DNA of 64,000 nucleotides from Anaeromyxobacteraceae bacterium (GCA_047602405.1 JASGHJ010000002.1:2368001-2432000), one strand, 5' to 3'; shown: positions 28,533 through 44,286, numbered from the stretch's first letter. Translations and numbers: made by a program. The notes: generated by a model from the sequence alone, not told the origin.

Positions 28533-28543
28533 CGCGCGCTCCT

Positions 28544-29698
28544 TCAGTGCACGGTCTCGCCGTGGGGGAACAGGGCCACCTTGATGCACCCGTCCTGCTT
28601 CCTCGCGAAGGTGTGGTAGCCGTCCGGCGCCTTCTCGAGCGGGAGCCTGTGGGTGAACACCGCCTTCGCGTCGATCCGGCCCTCCCGGACGTGCTCGAGC
28701 AGGTGCTTCATGTAGCGCTTCACGCTGGTCTGGCCGGTGCGGATGGTCTGGCACTTGTTCATCGCGGTGCCGAAGTCGACCCAGTTGAAGGGCGGCCCGT
28801 ACACGCCGACCACCGAGACCGTCCCGCCCTTGCGCGTCGCGTGGAAGCACCAGTTGAGCGCCGCCGCCGAGCCCGCCTCGAGCTTCCCGTACACGCCCGC
28901 GGCGCGCTGCAGGGGCGACCCCGCGGCCTCGAGCCCCACCGCGTCGATGCAGGCGTCGGCGCCCCGGTCGTCGGTCATCGCCTTCACCGCCGTGATCACG
29001 TCGGCCTGGGTGAAGTCGATCGTCTCGACGTTCGCGAAGCGCCGCGCGAACGCGAGCCGGTAGGGCACCTTGTCGACCGCGATGACCCGGCCCGCGCCGA
29101 GCAGCCAGGCCGAGCGCATGGCGAAGAGCCCCACCGGCCCGGCCCCGAACACCACCACCGTCTCGCCGCCGCGCAGGTTGCACATCTCGGCGGCCATGTA
29201 GCCGGTGGGGAGCGCGTCGGTGAGCGGGAGGACGTCGAGGTCGTCGAGGTCGTCCGGCACCTTCTCGGCGCCGACCGCCGCGAACGGGACCCGCACGTAC
29301 TCGGCCTGGCCGCCGTCGTAGCCGCCGGTGGTGTGCGAGTAGCCGTAGACGCCGCAGGCGACGTCGCTCGCCGGGTTGGTGTTCTCGCAGCAGGCGGTGA
29401 GGCCCCGCTGGCAGTAGAAGCAGGCGCCGCAGGAGATGTTGAACGGCACCATCACCCGGTCGCCCTCCTGGAGCCCGCCCGCGTCCTTCCCGACCTCCTC
29501 CACCACCCCCACGAACTCGTGGCCGAACGTCGAGCCCACCCGCGTGTCGGGCACGAGGCCGTGCAGGAGGTGGAGGTCCGAGCCGCAGATCGCCGCCGCG
29601 GTGACCCGCACGATCGCGTCCTGGGGGTGCTCGAGGCGGGGATCCGGCTTCGCCCGCACCGAGACGCGGAACGGGCCCTCGTAGGTGAGCGCTCTCAT
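28544..29698 (-). CDS. Zinc-dependent alcohol dehydrogenase (formaldehyde dehydrogenase-like)
   Basis: AICGSDLH, GHEFVG, C..C..C.......C structural Zn, Asp third ligand (LTDALPTGY), GAGPVG. Confidence 0.9.
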   Translation of the reverse strand: MRALTYEGPFRVSVRAKPDPRLEHPQDAIVRVTAAAICGSDLHLLHGLVPDTRVGSTFGHEFVGVVEEVGKDAGGLQEGDRVMVPFNISCGACFYCQRGLTACCENTNPASDVACGVYGYSHTTGGYDGGQAEYVRVPFAAVGAEKVPDDLDDLDVLPLTDALPTGYMAAEMCNLRGGETVVVFGAGPVGLFAMRSAWLLGAGRVIAVDKVPYRLAFARRFANVETIDFTQADVITAVKAMTDDRGADACIDAVGLEAAGSPLQRAAGVYGKLEAGSAAALNWCFHATRKGGTVSVVGVYGPPFNWVDFGTAMNKCQTIRTGQTSVKRYMKHLLEHVREGRIDAKAVFTHRLPLEKAPDGYHTFARKQDGCIKVALFPHGETVH

Positions 29699-29785
29699 GG
29701 GGAGGAAGGTGGGCACCGCCGCCCGCGCCCGGCTCCCTCGCAGCGCCTCCCCGCGGCCGCCCGTTCGGTGAGACACTCACAGGCG

Positions 29786-31246
29786 ATGAACTCCGAGCGG
29801 CTCGTCCTGCGCAACGCGGGCTGGCTGGTGGGCGCCCAGGTGCTCGCCACGCCGCTCGCGATCGCGGTGAACGCGGTGCTCGCCCGGCGCCTCGGGGCGG
29901 CGGAGTTCGGCTGGATCTACCTCGCCGCCTCGCTCGCCGGACTCGCGTTCCTCGTGGTGGAGGCCGGCCAGGCGACCGCCCTGCCCGGCCTCGTCGCGCG
30001 CGAGAAGGCCCGGGTGGGCGAGCTGCTCGGGAGCGCGCTCGCCTGGCGAGGCGCCGGCGCGGCGCTCGCGGTCGCCCTGCTGGCGGGCGGCGCGGTCGCG
30101 CTCGACGCGCCCGCGGGCCTGACGCTCACGCTCGCGCTCGTGGCGCTCGCGCAGGGGCTCGGCTCCCTCGCCCGCGCCGGCCTCGACGCGGCCCGCGGGC
30201 TGGAGCGGGCCGACCTCGCCGCGGCGGGCCACGTGGGCGGCCAGCTCCTCACCGCGCTGCTCGTCGTCCCCACCCTGCTCCTCGGCGGCGGGCTCGCCGC
30301 CGCGCTCGGCGCCCAGCTGGCCGCCGCCGCGCTCGGCCTCGCGGCGGTGCTGGCCGCGCTGCGCCCGCTCGGCCTGCCCCGGCTCTCCACGGCGCGCGCC
30401 GCGCTCGGCGCGCTCGCGACGGGCGGCGCGCCCTTCCTGCTCCTCGGCGTCGCGACCACGCTGCAGCCCAACGTCGACGCCCTCGTCCTCGCCCGGCTGG
30501 CGCCCGCGGAGGTCCTGGGCTGGCACGGCGCCGCGCTGAAGCTCGTGGGCGCGCTGGTGTTCCCCGCGTCCTCGCTCATCTCCGCGCTCTACCCCACCCT
30601 GTACCGGCTCCACGCCGAGGACCCCGAGGCCTACCGGCGCACCGCGGCGGCGGCGCTGCGCACCGCGACCGTCCTCGTCGTGCCGGTGGCGATCGGCTGC
30701 GGGTTCTTCCCTGCCCTCGGGATCGCCATCTTCGGCGAGGACGGGTTCGGGCCGGCCGCCGCGAACCTCCGCGCGCTCGCGGTCCACGTCTTCCTCCTCT
30801 ACTTCTCGATGACGCTCGGCTGCGCGCTATCCGCGGCGGGCCGCCAGCGCGCCTGGGCGCTCGCCCAGCTCGGCTGCGTGGGGGCCGCGTTCCTGCTCGA
30901 TCTCGTCCTCGTGCCCTGGTTCCAGGCCCACGGCGGGAACGGCGGCGTCGGGGTGGCGGTCTCGCTCGTGACCTGCGAGGTCGCCATGCTCGGCGTGGCC
31001 ATCGCGCTCGTCCCGCGGGGCGTGCTCGACCGGGGCGTCGCCCGGGCCCTCGCGAGGGCGGGCCTCTCCGGGGCTGCGATGGTGGGGGTCGCCCTGGGCC
31101 TCGAGCGGGTCGCGCCGGGCTGGCCGCTGCTCGTGTCCGCGGCCCTCTCGGGGGCTGCCTACGTGCTCGCGCTCCTGGGTCTCGGCGGACTCGACGCCGA
31201 CGCGCGGGGTGCGCTCGTGCGCACAGTCCGCGGGGCTCGCAAGTAG
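29786..31246 (+). CDS. Oligosaccharide flippase (Wzx/MOP superfamily)
   Basis: N..WL..AQ....LARRLG..EFG opening motif, about 12-14 TM helices, D.L.L......LGW. Confidence 0.82.
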   Translation: MNSERLVLRNAGWLVGAQVLATPLAIAVNAVLARRLGAAEFGWIYLAASLAGLAFLVVEAGQATALPGLVAREKARVGELLGSALAWRGAGAALAVALLAGGAVALDAPAGLTLTLALVALAQGLGSLARAGLDAARGLERADLAAAGHVGGQLLTALLVVPTLLLGGGLAAALGAQLAAAALGLAAVLAALRPLGLPRLSTARAALGALATGGAPFLLLGVATTLQPNVDALVLARLAPAEVLGWHGAALKLVGALVFPASSLISALYPTLYRLHAEDPEAYRRTAAAALRTATVLVVPVAIGCGFFPALGIAIFGEDGFGPAAANLRALAVHVFLLYFSMTLGCALSAAGRQRAWALAQLGCVGAAFLLDLVLVPWFQAHGGNGGVGVAVSLVTCEVAMLGVAIALVPRGVLDRGVARALARAGLSGAAMVGVALGLERVAPGWPLLVSAALSGAAYVLALLGLGGLDADARGALVRTVRGARK

Positions 31247-31359
31247 TCGACACATCGATGAATTGAGGCGCTCGCGGCCCGGGTCGAAACGTCGGGGAAT
31301 CGCGGGGTGCACGCTCGCCGCTTCGTCACCTAAGGTGAGCGATCCGTACCACCTCGTAC

Positions 31360-37335
<5,976 letters not shown>

Positions 37336-37344
37336 CCGGCGACC

Positions 37345-37953
37345 TCACCCCTCCCGCCTCACCACCGCGAGCGCCGCCCGGAACCCGGGCGCGACGTCGA
37401 GATCGAACACGTCCGCCTCGTCCTCCGGCGGGGGCCCCGCGCCGAGGCCGAGGCCGAGGGCCTTCACGAGGGCCTCGGTGCGCGTCCAGGCGCGCAGGAA
37501 CGCGTCGCCGCGGCCGGCGCCGGCCGCGCGCCAGGCGGCGAGCTCGCGCGGGCCGAGCACGCGGGCGGCGATCGCGTCGGCCTCGGGCACCTCCCGGACG
37601 CGCTCGAGGTCCACGCCGAGCGCGCGCCCGCGGCCGACGCCGAGGAGCGCGAGCCCGTCGGCGCGGGAGAGGCTGAACGGAGGGCCGCCGGCGACGCGGG
37701 GCTTCCCGCCCGGCGCGGGCTCGATCGCGAGCGCCTCCGGGGCGACCCCGGCGCGGCCGGCCACGACGAGCCGGAGCGCGGCGCGCCCGGTGACGAAGCG
37801 CTCGCGATCGCGCGCCTGCAGGAAGCGATCGGCCCTCGCCCGCTCCTCCCCGGAGAGGAGGGCGGCGAGGGCCGGATCCGCGCCGTCGAGCTCGACGATG
37901 AAGAGGTCGACCCCGGCGACCGTCCCCGCGGGCTGGATCGCCGGGGCGCGCAC
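37345..37953 (-). CDS. Sfp-type 4'-phosphopantetheinyl transferase
   Basis: LS.EE.ARA.RF, GKP, GVDLE, F...WT..EA.VKA.G.GL. Confidence 0.88.
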   Translation of the reverse strand: MRAPAIQPAGTVAGVDLFIVELDGADPALAALLSGEERARADRFLQARDRERFVTGRAALRLVVAGRAGVAPEALAIEPAPGGKPRVAGGPPFSLSRADGLALLGVGRGRALGVDLERVREVPEADAIAARVLGPRELAAWRAAGAGRGDAFLRAWTRTEALVKALGLGLGAGPPPEDEADVFDLDVAPGFRAALAVVRREG

Positions 37954-37973
37954 CCCCAGAGCCTAGCCGGCGG

Positions 37974-38796
37974 CTACGGGTAGAGCGACTTCGCGCCGCT
38001 CTTGTCGAGCGAGGTGAGGACGAGGTCGCCGGTCTGCGTGCCGTTGCACTGGGGGTAGTGCATCACCGACTTCGAGTCGTAGGACGTAAGGGCACGCCAG
38101 TTGTTGTCCTCGAAGCAGGTGCCCGACTGCGGGCGGGTGTGCTCGTGGCGGAAGCCGATGGTGTGGCCGAGCTCGTGGCGCAGCACGCCGGTGAGCGTCC
38201 AGGGGGAGATGTTGCCGAAGGACGAGGTGGAGATCAGGATTCTCGCGGCCGCTGCGGCTCGTGGACGGGAAGAACGCCCGCGCGAGGTACTGGCTGGTGC
38301 TGACCTGCCGGACGTTGAAGACGACGTTCGAGTTGCTGCGGGTGCAGCTCGAGTCGTACTGCGACAGGTGCACGAAGTTCACTCGGGCGGTGCCTTCCCA
38401 GGCGGAGGTGGCGCTGTTCATCGCGTTCACCACGGCGGCGTACCGGCTCCCGAAGCTCGAGCTCGAGACGCAGTAGGTGATGTTGACGGCGGCGGTCGAG
38501 CTCCACCGGTCGTCCCGGCCGTTCACGAGGTTCACGATGAGCGGAGCCTCGGACGTGCGCAGGTCGCTCGAAGCGCCCGCGAGGTACCGCTCGTAGCCCT
38601 GCGCGAGGAGCTCCTCGTTCTCGAAGAGCTCGTCGCCGTTGAACACGTACATCCCGGTGTCGGGCTCCTGGTACGCCCGGGCCTTGAACTCGCTCCAGGA
38701 GAGCGGCGCGCCCGAGGAGGCGCCGTCGTCGGGAGCCCCGCATCCGGCGAGGAGGGCCATCGCCGCCACCACGTACCGCAGACGTCCATGGGTCAT
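37974..38796 (-). pseudogene. M57 family (dual-action HEIGH) metalloprotease lipoprotein, frameshifted near 38240 (possible sequencing error)
   Basis: Lipobox LLAG-C; YLARAFFPS in one frame, LRHELGHTIGFRHEH and YDSKSVMHY in another; removing one T at 38240/38241 restores SGREILISTSSFG. Confidence 0.8.
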
Positions 38797-38947
38797 GTTC
38801 GTCGGTCCCCTGGCCGCTCCCCGGCGGCCTTCACCGAGCGTGCGAAGGCACGCCCGCGAGCCGGACAGTCTGGCGAACCGGCGTTGCGTTCTGCAAGGCA
38901 CGCCCTGACAGGGGGCCCGCCCGTTCCGGGCGGTACGACGCCGTGCG

Positions 38948-40165
38948 ATGCTCGACTCCGTGCGGCACGCCTCGCCCTTCCTCTGTGCCCTGCTCCTCGC
39001 CTGCGGCGCCGCCACCGCGCCGCCCGACCCGGCCTGCGCGGGTGTGGCGTGCTCGGGCCACGGCACCTGCGCGGCCGTGGGCGGCGCCCCGACCTGCCGC
39101 TGCGACCCCGGCTGGGCGCGGGACGGCGCGACCGCCTGCGTCGCGAGCCAGGTCCCGTCGGTCGGCGGCTGCCCGCTCCTGCCGGCGGACCACGTCTTCA
39201 ACACCCCGGTCGACGGCCTGCCGGTGCACCCGTCCTCCGCCGCGTTCATGGCCACCCTCGGCGCGCACACCGTGCACCTCGACCTCGGCCAGACCACGGA
39301 CCCTCGGAGCGACACCTACTACGGCATCCCGTACAACGTCGTGCACGGGGGCGCGCTCACCTGGAGCGCCGTCGCCTTCCACACCGCCGACACCTCCATG
39401 ACCTGGGATCCGCGGGACGAGAGCGACTGCGCCGCGGGGCCGACCCACGCGATCGTGTCCCCGTGCACCGCCGCGGCGGCGCCGGCGCCGCTCTTCCCGG
39501 TGCCGGCCGCCCCGCTCGTGGAGGGCGGCCTCGTGACCGACCCCGCGCAGCCCTACGGCGACCACCACCTGCTCGTCGTCGACGCGGACGCGTGCCGCCT
39601 CTGGGAGGCCTACCACGTGTACCCGCGCGCCGGCGGCGGCTGGGACCTCTTCGGAATCGCCACGTTCGACCTCGCCTCGAACGCGCTGCGCCCCCGGGGC
39701 TGGACCTCCGCGGACGCCGCCGGGTTCCCGATCCTCCCGCTCCTCCTCCGCGCCGACGAGGCCGCCTCGGGCGAGATCCGGCACGCGCTCAGGTTCACGA
39801 TCCCCTCGGACCAGATCCGCGTCGCGTACACCTGGCCCGCGCGCCACCTGACCTCGAACGGCACGGGCTCCGCCTCGCTGCCGCCCATGGGCCAGCCCTT
39901 CCGCCTGAAGGCGAGCTTCGCGATCCCGGCCGGCTGGTCGACCCAGTCCCGCGCGATCGCCCAGGCCATGAAGACCTACGGGCTCTACCTCGCCGACGGC
40001 GGCTCGGCGCTGTACGTGCAGGGCGAGCCGAGCGCGGCCTGGGACGATCGGATCTTCGGCGAGGTGCAGTCGATCCCGTCGAGCGCGTTCGAGGCGGTGG
40101 ACCTCGGGCCGTGGACGGCGCGCGCGGGGTTCGATCCGGACTCGGCCCGGGTGCCGCCGCCGTAG
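38948..40165 (+). CDS. Lipoprotein with EGF-like module and uncharacterised C-terminal domain
   Basis: LLA-C lipobox; six-Cys CAGVACSGHGTC...CRCDPGW...C; GWTSADAAG.PI, IRHALRFT, PMG..FRLKA, KTYG..LAD.G. Confidence 0.75.
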   Translation: MLDSVRHASPFLCALLLACGAATAPPDPACAGVACSGHGTCAAVGGAPTCRCDPGWARDGATACVASQVPSVGGCPLLPADHVFNTPVDGLPVHPSSAAFMATLGAHTVHLDLGQTTDPRSDTYYGIPYNVVHGGALTWSAVAFHTADTSMTWDPRDESDCAAGPTHAIVSPCTAAAAPAPLFPVPAAPLVEGGLVTDPAQPYGDHHLLVVDADACRLWEAYHVYPRAGGGWDLFGIATFDLASNALRPRGWTSADAAGFPILPLLLRADEAASGEIRHALRFTIPSDQIRVAYTWPARHLTSNGTGSASLPPMGQPFRLKASFAIPAGWSTQSRAIAQAMKTYGLYLADGGSALYVQGEPSAAWDDRIFGEVQSIPSSAFEAVDLGPWTARAGFDPDSARVPPP

Positions 40166-40225
40166 GGGGCCCCGTGGCGCGGGCGCGTCCGGGCCGCTAC
40201 CATCCTCGGACCCCGAGTACCCGGA

Positions 40226-42208
40226 GTGACGATGCCCCCTGCCCTCCTCCGCCTCGCGCCGCTCGCCGGCGCGCTGCTGGCCTCCTCGACGCTGGCGGCC
40301 GCGCCCGGCCCCGCCACCCCGGCCCGGGCAGCCGCGCCCGAGCCCCGGTACGGCGAGGTGCCCGAGAAGTTCACGCCGCCGGCCGCGCTCCTCGACCACG
40401 AGCGCCGCACGGTCGACATCCCGATGCGGGACGGTGTGAAGCTCCACACGGTCATCCTGCTCCCGAGGGGCGCCCGGGGCCGGCCCATCCTCCTCACGCG
40501 CACGCCCTACGACGCGGAGAAGATGACGCGCCACACGCCGAGCGTGCACCTCGGCCCGGTGCTCGCCGGCTACGACCACGTCACCGACGTCATCGTGGAG
40601 GGCGGCTACATCCGCGTCGTGCAGGACGTCCGCGGCAAGCACGGCTCGGAGGGCGACTACGTGATGAACCGGCCGCTCCGGGGGCCGCTCAACCCGACCG
40701 CGACCGACCACGCGACGGACACCTGGGACACCATCGACTGGCTCGTGAAGAACGTGCCCGAGTCGAACGGCCGGGTGGGCATCATCGGCATCTCGTACGA
40801 CGGCTTCACGCCGCTCATGGCGCTCGTCGACCCGCACCCGGCCCTCAAGGTGTCGGTGCCGATGAACCCGATGGTCGACGGCTGGATGGGCGACGACTGG
40901 TTCCACCACGGCGCCTTCCGCCAGACGATGGCGTCGTACGTCCACGACCAGCAGGCCAGCCGCAAGAACGACTTCGAGTGGCCCTCGACGCACGCGGACG
41001 AGTACGAGGAGTACCTCGCGGCGGGGTCGGCGGGTGCGCTCGGGCGCCTGCACGGCCTCGAGCAGGTCGGCTTCTGGCGGAAGTTCCTCGAGCACCCGGC
41101 CTACGACGCCTTCTGGCAGGCCCAGGCCATGGACCGGGTGCTCGGGGCCCGGCCGCTCACGGTCCCGACGCTCGTGGTCCACAGCCTGTGGGACCAGGAG
41201 GACGTCTACGGCGCGCCCGCCGTGTACGCCGCGCTGGCGGCGAAGGACCCGGGCCACGAGCAGGTGTTCCTCGTGATGGGGCCCTGGCACCACGGCCAGG
41301 CGCTGCGCGACGGCTCGAAGCTCGGGGCGATCGAGTTCGGCAGCGACACCGCGCTGTACTTCCGCCAGAGGATCCTCCGCCCGTTCCTCGATCAGCACCT
41401 CGTGGAGGGCGCGCCCAGGGCGCGGCTCGCCCCGGTGACCGCGTTCGAGACCGGCACGAACCGCTGGGTCGAGCTGCCGGGCTGGCCCTCGGGCTGCGCG
41501 AGCGGGTGCAAGATCGAGCCGGCGCGGCTCTACCTCGGCGCGGGCCTCGCCGCCGGGTTCGCCGCGCCGAAGGCCGCCGACGCGCCGTTCGACGCCTACG
41601 TCTCCGATCCCGCGAAGCCGGTGCCGTACCGGCCGCGCCCCATCGCCCAGCACTCGGAGGCCGCCAGCGAGGGCTGGCGCACCTGGCTCGTCGCCGATCA
41701 GCGGGAGGCCGCGGGCCGGACCGACGTGCTCGCCTTCGTCTCGGAGCCGCTCGCCGCGCCGGTCCACGTCGCGGGCGCGCCACGGGTGAACCTCGTGGCC
41801 TCGACGTCCGGCACCGACGCCGACTGGGTGGTGAAGCTCGTCGACGTCTACCCGCCCGAGGTCGCGTGGAAGCCGCACCTCGGCGGCTACCAGCTCATGG
41901 TCTCCGGCGACATCTTCCGCGGGCGCTACCGCGAGTCCTACGAGGCGCCGCGCCCGATCGCGGCGGGGAAGCCGCTCCCCTACCGCTTCGCGCTGCCGGC
42001 CGCGAACCACGTCTTCCTGCCCGGGCACCGGATCATGGTCCAGGTGCAGTCGAGCTGGTTCCCGCTCTACGACCGGAACCCGCAGACCTTCGTCCCGAGC
42101 CTGTTCGACACGAAGCCCGGCGACTACGTCAAGGCCGAGCAGCGGGTCTGGCACGCGCCCGGGAAGGAGAGCTTCGTCGAGCTGCCCATCGTGAAGGAGG
42201 CGCCGTGA
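40226..42208 (+). CDS. CocE/NonD family hydrolase (alpha-amino acid ester hydrolase / glutaryl-7-ACA acylase-like)
   Basis: IPMRDGVKLHT, RTPY, QDVRG, GISYDG nucleophile, WDQED, GPW.H, QSSWFPLYDRNPQ; signal peptide. Confidence 0.92.
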   Translation: MTMPPALLRLAPLAGALLASSTLAAAPGPATPARAAAPEPRYGEVPEKFTPPAALLDHERRTVDIPMRDGVKLHTVILLPRGARGRPILLTRTPYDAEKMTRHTPSVHLGPVLAGYDHVTDVIVEGGYIRVVQDVRGKHGSEGDYVMNRPLRGPLNPTATDHATDTWDTIDWLVKNVPESNGRVGIIGISYDGFTPLMALVDPHPALKVSVPMNPMVDGWMGDDWFHHGAFRQTMASYVHDQQASRKNDFEWPSTHADEYEEYLAAGSAGALGRLHGLEQVGFWRKFLEHPAYDAFWQAQAMDRVLGARPLTVPTLVVHSLWDQEDVYGAPAVYAALAAKDPGHEQVFLVMGPWHHGQALRDGSKLGAIEFGSDTALYFRQRILRPFLDQHLVEGAPRARLAPVTAFETGTNRWVELPGWPSGCASGCKIEPARLYLGAGLAAGFAAPKAADAPFDAYVSDPAKPVPYRPRPIAQHSEAASEGWRTWLVADQREAAGRTDVLAFVSEPLAAPVHVAGAPRVNLVASTSGTDADWVVKLVDVYPPEVAWKPHLGGYQLMVSGDIFRGRYRESYEAPRPIAAGKPLPYRFALPAANHVFLPGHRIMVQVQSSWFPLYDRNPQTFVPSLFDTKPGDYVKAEQRVWHAPGKESFVELPIVKEAP

Positions 42209-43488
42209 CCCACACCGCCGCGGCCCGCTTCGCGCTCGCCGCCGTCGTCGTCTCCGGCGCGGGCGCCACCCTCGCCGCCCCGCCGCTCGCCGTCACCTGC
42301 GGGAAGCTCCTCGACCCCGCCCGGCGGGAGGTGCGCACGAACGTCACGGTGAACCTCGCCGACGGGGCGGTGGTGACGCGGGCGCTGGACGGTGCCCGCG
42401 CGCTCGACCTCACCCGCTTCACCTGCCTGCCCGGCCTCATCGACGCGCACACGCACCTCCTCCTGCAGGGCGACGTGACCGCGGCGGACTACGACGAGCA
42501 GGTGCTGAAGGAGTCGGTGCCCTACCGGACGCTCCGCGCCGCCGCCGCGGCCCGCATCGCGCTCTCCCATGGGTTCACGACCGTGCGCGACCTCGGGACC
42601 GAGGGCGCCGGCTTCGCCGACGTGGACCTGCGCACCGCGTTCGACCGGGGCGTGCTCGAGGGGCCGCGGGTCTTCGCCTCCGGCCCCGCCATGAGCGTGA
42701 CCGGCGGCTACGGCCTCCTCGGCTACGCCTGGGAGCGCAAGATGCCCGACGGCGTCCTCAAGTGCGACGGCGCCGACGAGTGCCGCAAGGCGGTCCGGTT
42801 CCAGGTCGAGAAGGGCGTGGACTGGATCAAGGTCTACGCGGACCGCTCCTACCGCCGCACGCCGGACGGCGGCTGGACCTCGATCGCGAACTTCACGCCG
42901 GAGGAGCTGAAGGCGATCGTCGACGAGGCCCACAAGCTCCGGAAGAAGGTGGCCGCGCACTCCATGACGCCGGTCGGCCACAGGGCCGCGCTCGCCGCGG
43001 GCGTCGACTCGCTCGAGCACGGCGACGTCCTCGACGCCGAGACGCTGAAGGTCATGGTGGCGCGGAAGGTCCCCTACTGCCCGACGCTCACCGTCTCCGA
43101 CGAGGTCGACGCGCCGCGCTCGAAGGAGAACCCGATCTGGGGCCAGCTCGCGGTGGCGATGCAGGCCTCGATGAAGGCCGCGGTCGCCGCAGGCGCCCCG
43201 ATCGCGTTCGGCACCGACGCGGGCGGGTTCGACTGGGGCCGGCGTCACCAGGCCGAGGAGTTCGGGTTCATGGTGAAGTTCGGCGTGCCGCCCTGGGACG
43301 CCCTCCGCGCCGCCACCACGGTCGCCGCCGACCTGCTCGGTCCCGTCCCCGCGGGCCGGCTCGGCTGCCTCGATCCGGGCTGCGTCGCGGACCTCGTCGC
43401 GGTCGAGGGGGATCCGCTCGCCGACCCCAAGGCCTACCAGGCGGTCCGCGCGGTCGTGAGCCGGGGCAAGGTCATCGTCGCCCCTTGA
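42205..43488 (+). CDS. Metal-dependent amidohydrolase (Xaa-Pro dipeptidase-like), secreted
   Basis: PGLIDAHTH, GFTTVRDLG, DWIK, VAAH, SLEHG, FGTDAG, ADL.AV.GDPL; GTGA overlap with AAGGAGG RBS. Confidence 0.9.
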   Translation: MTHTAAARFALAAVVVSGAGATLAAPPLAVTCGKLLDPARREVRTNVTVNLADGAVVTRALDGARALDLTRFTCLPGLIDAHTHLLLQGDVTAADYDEQVLKESVPYRTLRAAAAARIALSHGFTTVRDLGTEGAGFADVDLRTAFDRGVLEGPRVFASGPAMSVTGGYGLLGYAWERKMPDGVLKCDGADECRKAVRFQVEKGVDWIKVYADRSYRRTPDGGWTSIANFTPEELKAIVDEAHKLRKKVAAHSMTPVGHRAALAAGVDSLEHGDVLDAETLKVMVARKVPYCPTLTVSDEVDAPRSKENPIWGQLAVAMQASMKAAVAAGAPIAFGTDAGGFDWGRRHQAEEFGFMVKFGVPPWDALRAATTVAADLLGPVPAGRLGCLDPGCVADLVAVEGDPLADPKAYQAVRAVVSRGKVIVAP

Positions 43489-43520
43489 GGTCCGCTCGTC
43501 CGGTCGCCCCGGACTCGATG

Positions 43521-44231
43521 GCGGTGCGGTTGCGTGGGGGCGAAACGCGCCTCCGCGACGCCGGCCGGCTACGTCGGTCCGTGTATGGTGCAGATGGCCG
43601 GAACCGGGGCCGCTGCGATCGTCCAGGCCGCGGCAGGCCTGCGGTTGAGATGCGCGTGACGGCGTCTTGCGCTGCGCGCAAGGCGCCGTCACACGCCCAC
43701 ATCCCTTGGCCTGCAATCGCTAGGATCCTGGGGACGTGGAGAGCCCACCTCCGCCGGCCGGCGCTGCGGAGACGCGCTTCGCCCTCGGGCGTAGTGAACG
43801 TTGATGGGCCGATACTGCTGGGTGGTGAGTATTGAACTACCGGTAAACACGATGAGGCTGTCGGGAGCCGTTGGCCTGAACCTGCGGATGAGGCAGCAGG
43901 TTGCCCACGCCCAACGTTAGTCGCTCACCAGCACCCAGCAGTCACGGCCGATCACCGTTCACTACGCCCGAGAGCCAAACGGGCCTCCGCAGCAGCGCGC
44001 AGCGAGCGACGGGCGAGGTTCCGTCTCCACATCGGGGCAATGCAGGCCAAGCGACGAGGGCGTGTGACGGCGACGTGCGCGAAGCGCACGGCGTCGTCAC
44101 GCGCAACTCGCGTGCAGGCCTGCTGCCACGATCACCGCCATGGAACGGCAACGGTTCCGGCGATCTCTTCCGTCTCAAACCCGTCCGAGCAAGCGCTGTC
44201 GCGGAGGCCCGTTTGGCTCCTGCGGCACCGT
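43521..44231. repeat. Non-coding nested foldback: two inverted ~250-bp hairpin units around a central stem
   Basis: Perfect inverted blocks 43784-43800/43956-43972 (17 bp), 43684-43698/44058-44072 (15), 43705-43715/44041-44051 (11), 43549-43559/44198-44208 (11), 43814-43824/43932-43942 (11); within-arm 43972-43990/44201-44219 (19). Confidence 0.9.
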
Positions 44232-44286
44232 ATGCCGACGGAGGAGCGCACGAACGCGTATGTCGAGGGAGGAGGTCCCGCGCGCC

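Noticed and set aside
38871..38887. TGGCG...TTGC as a sigma54 promoter
   Set aside because: 12 nt between GG and GC instead of the required 10
43909..43922. GCCCAAC/GTTAG as an integron attC core
   Set aside because: The boxes abut rather than flank a 55-140-bp site; no cassette ORF or integrase in the window
43521..44231. Retron msr-msd or autonomous IS interpretation of the foldback
   Set aside because: No reverse transcriptase or transposase nearby, and no clear target-site duplication seen
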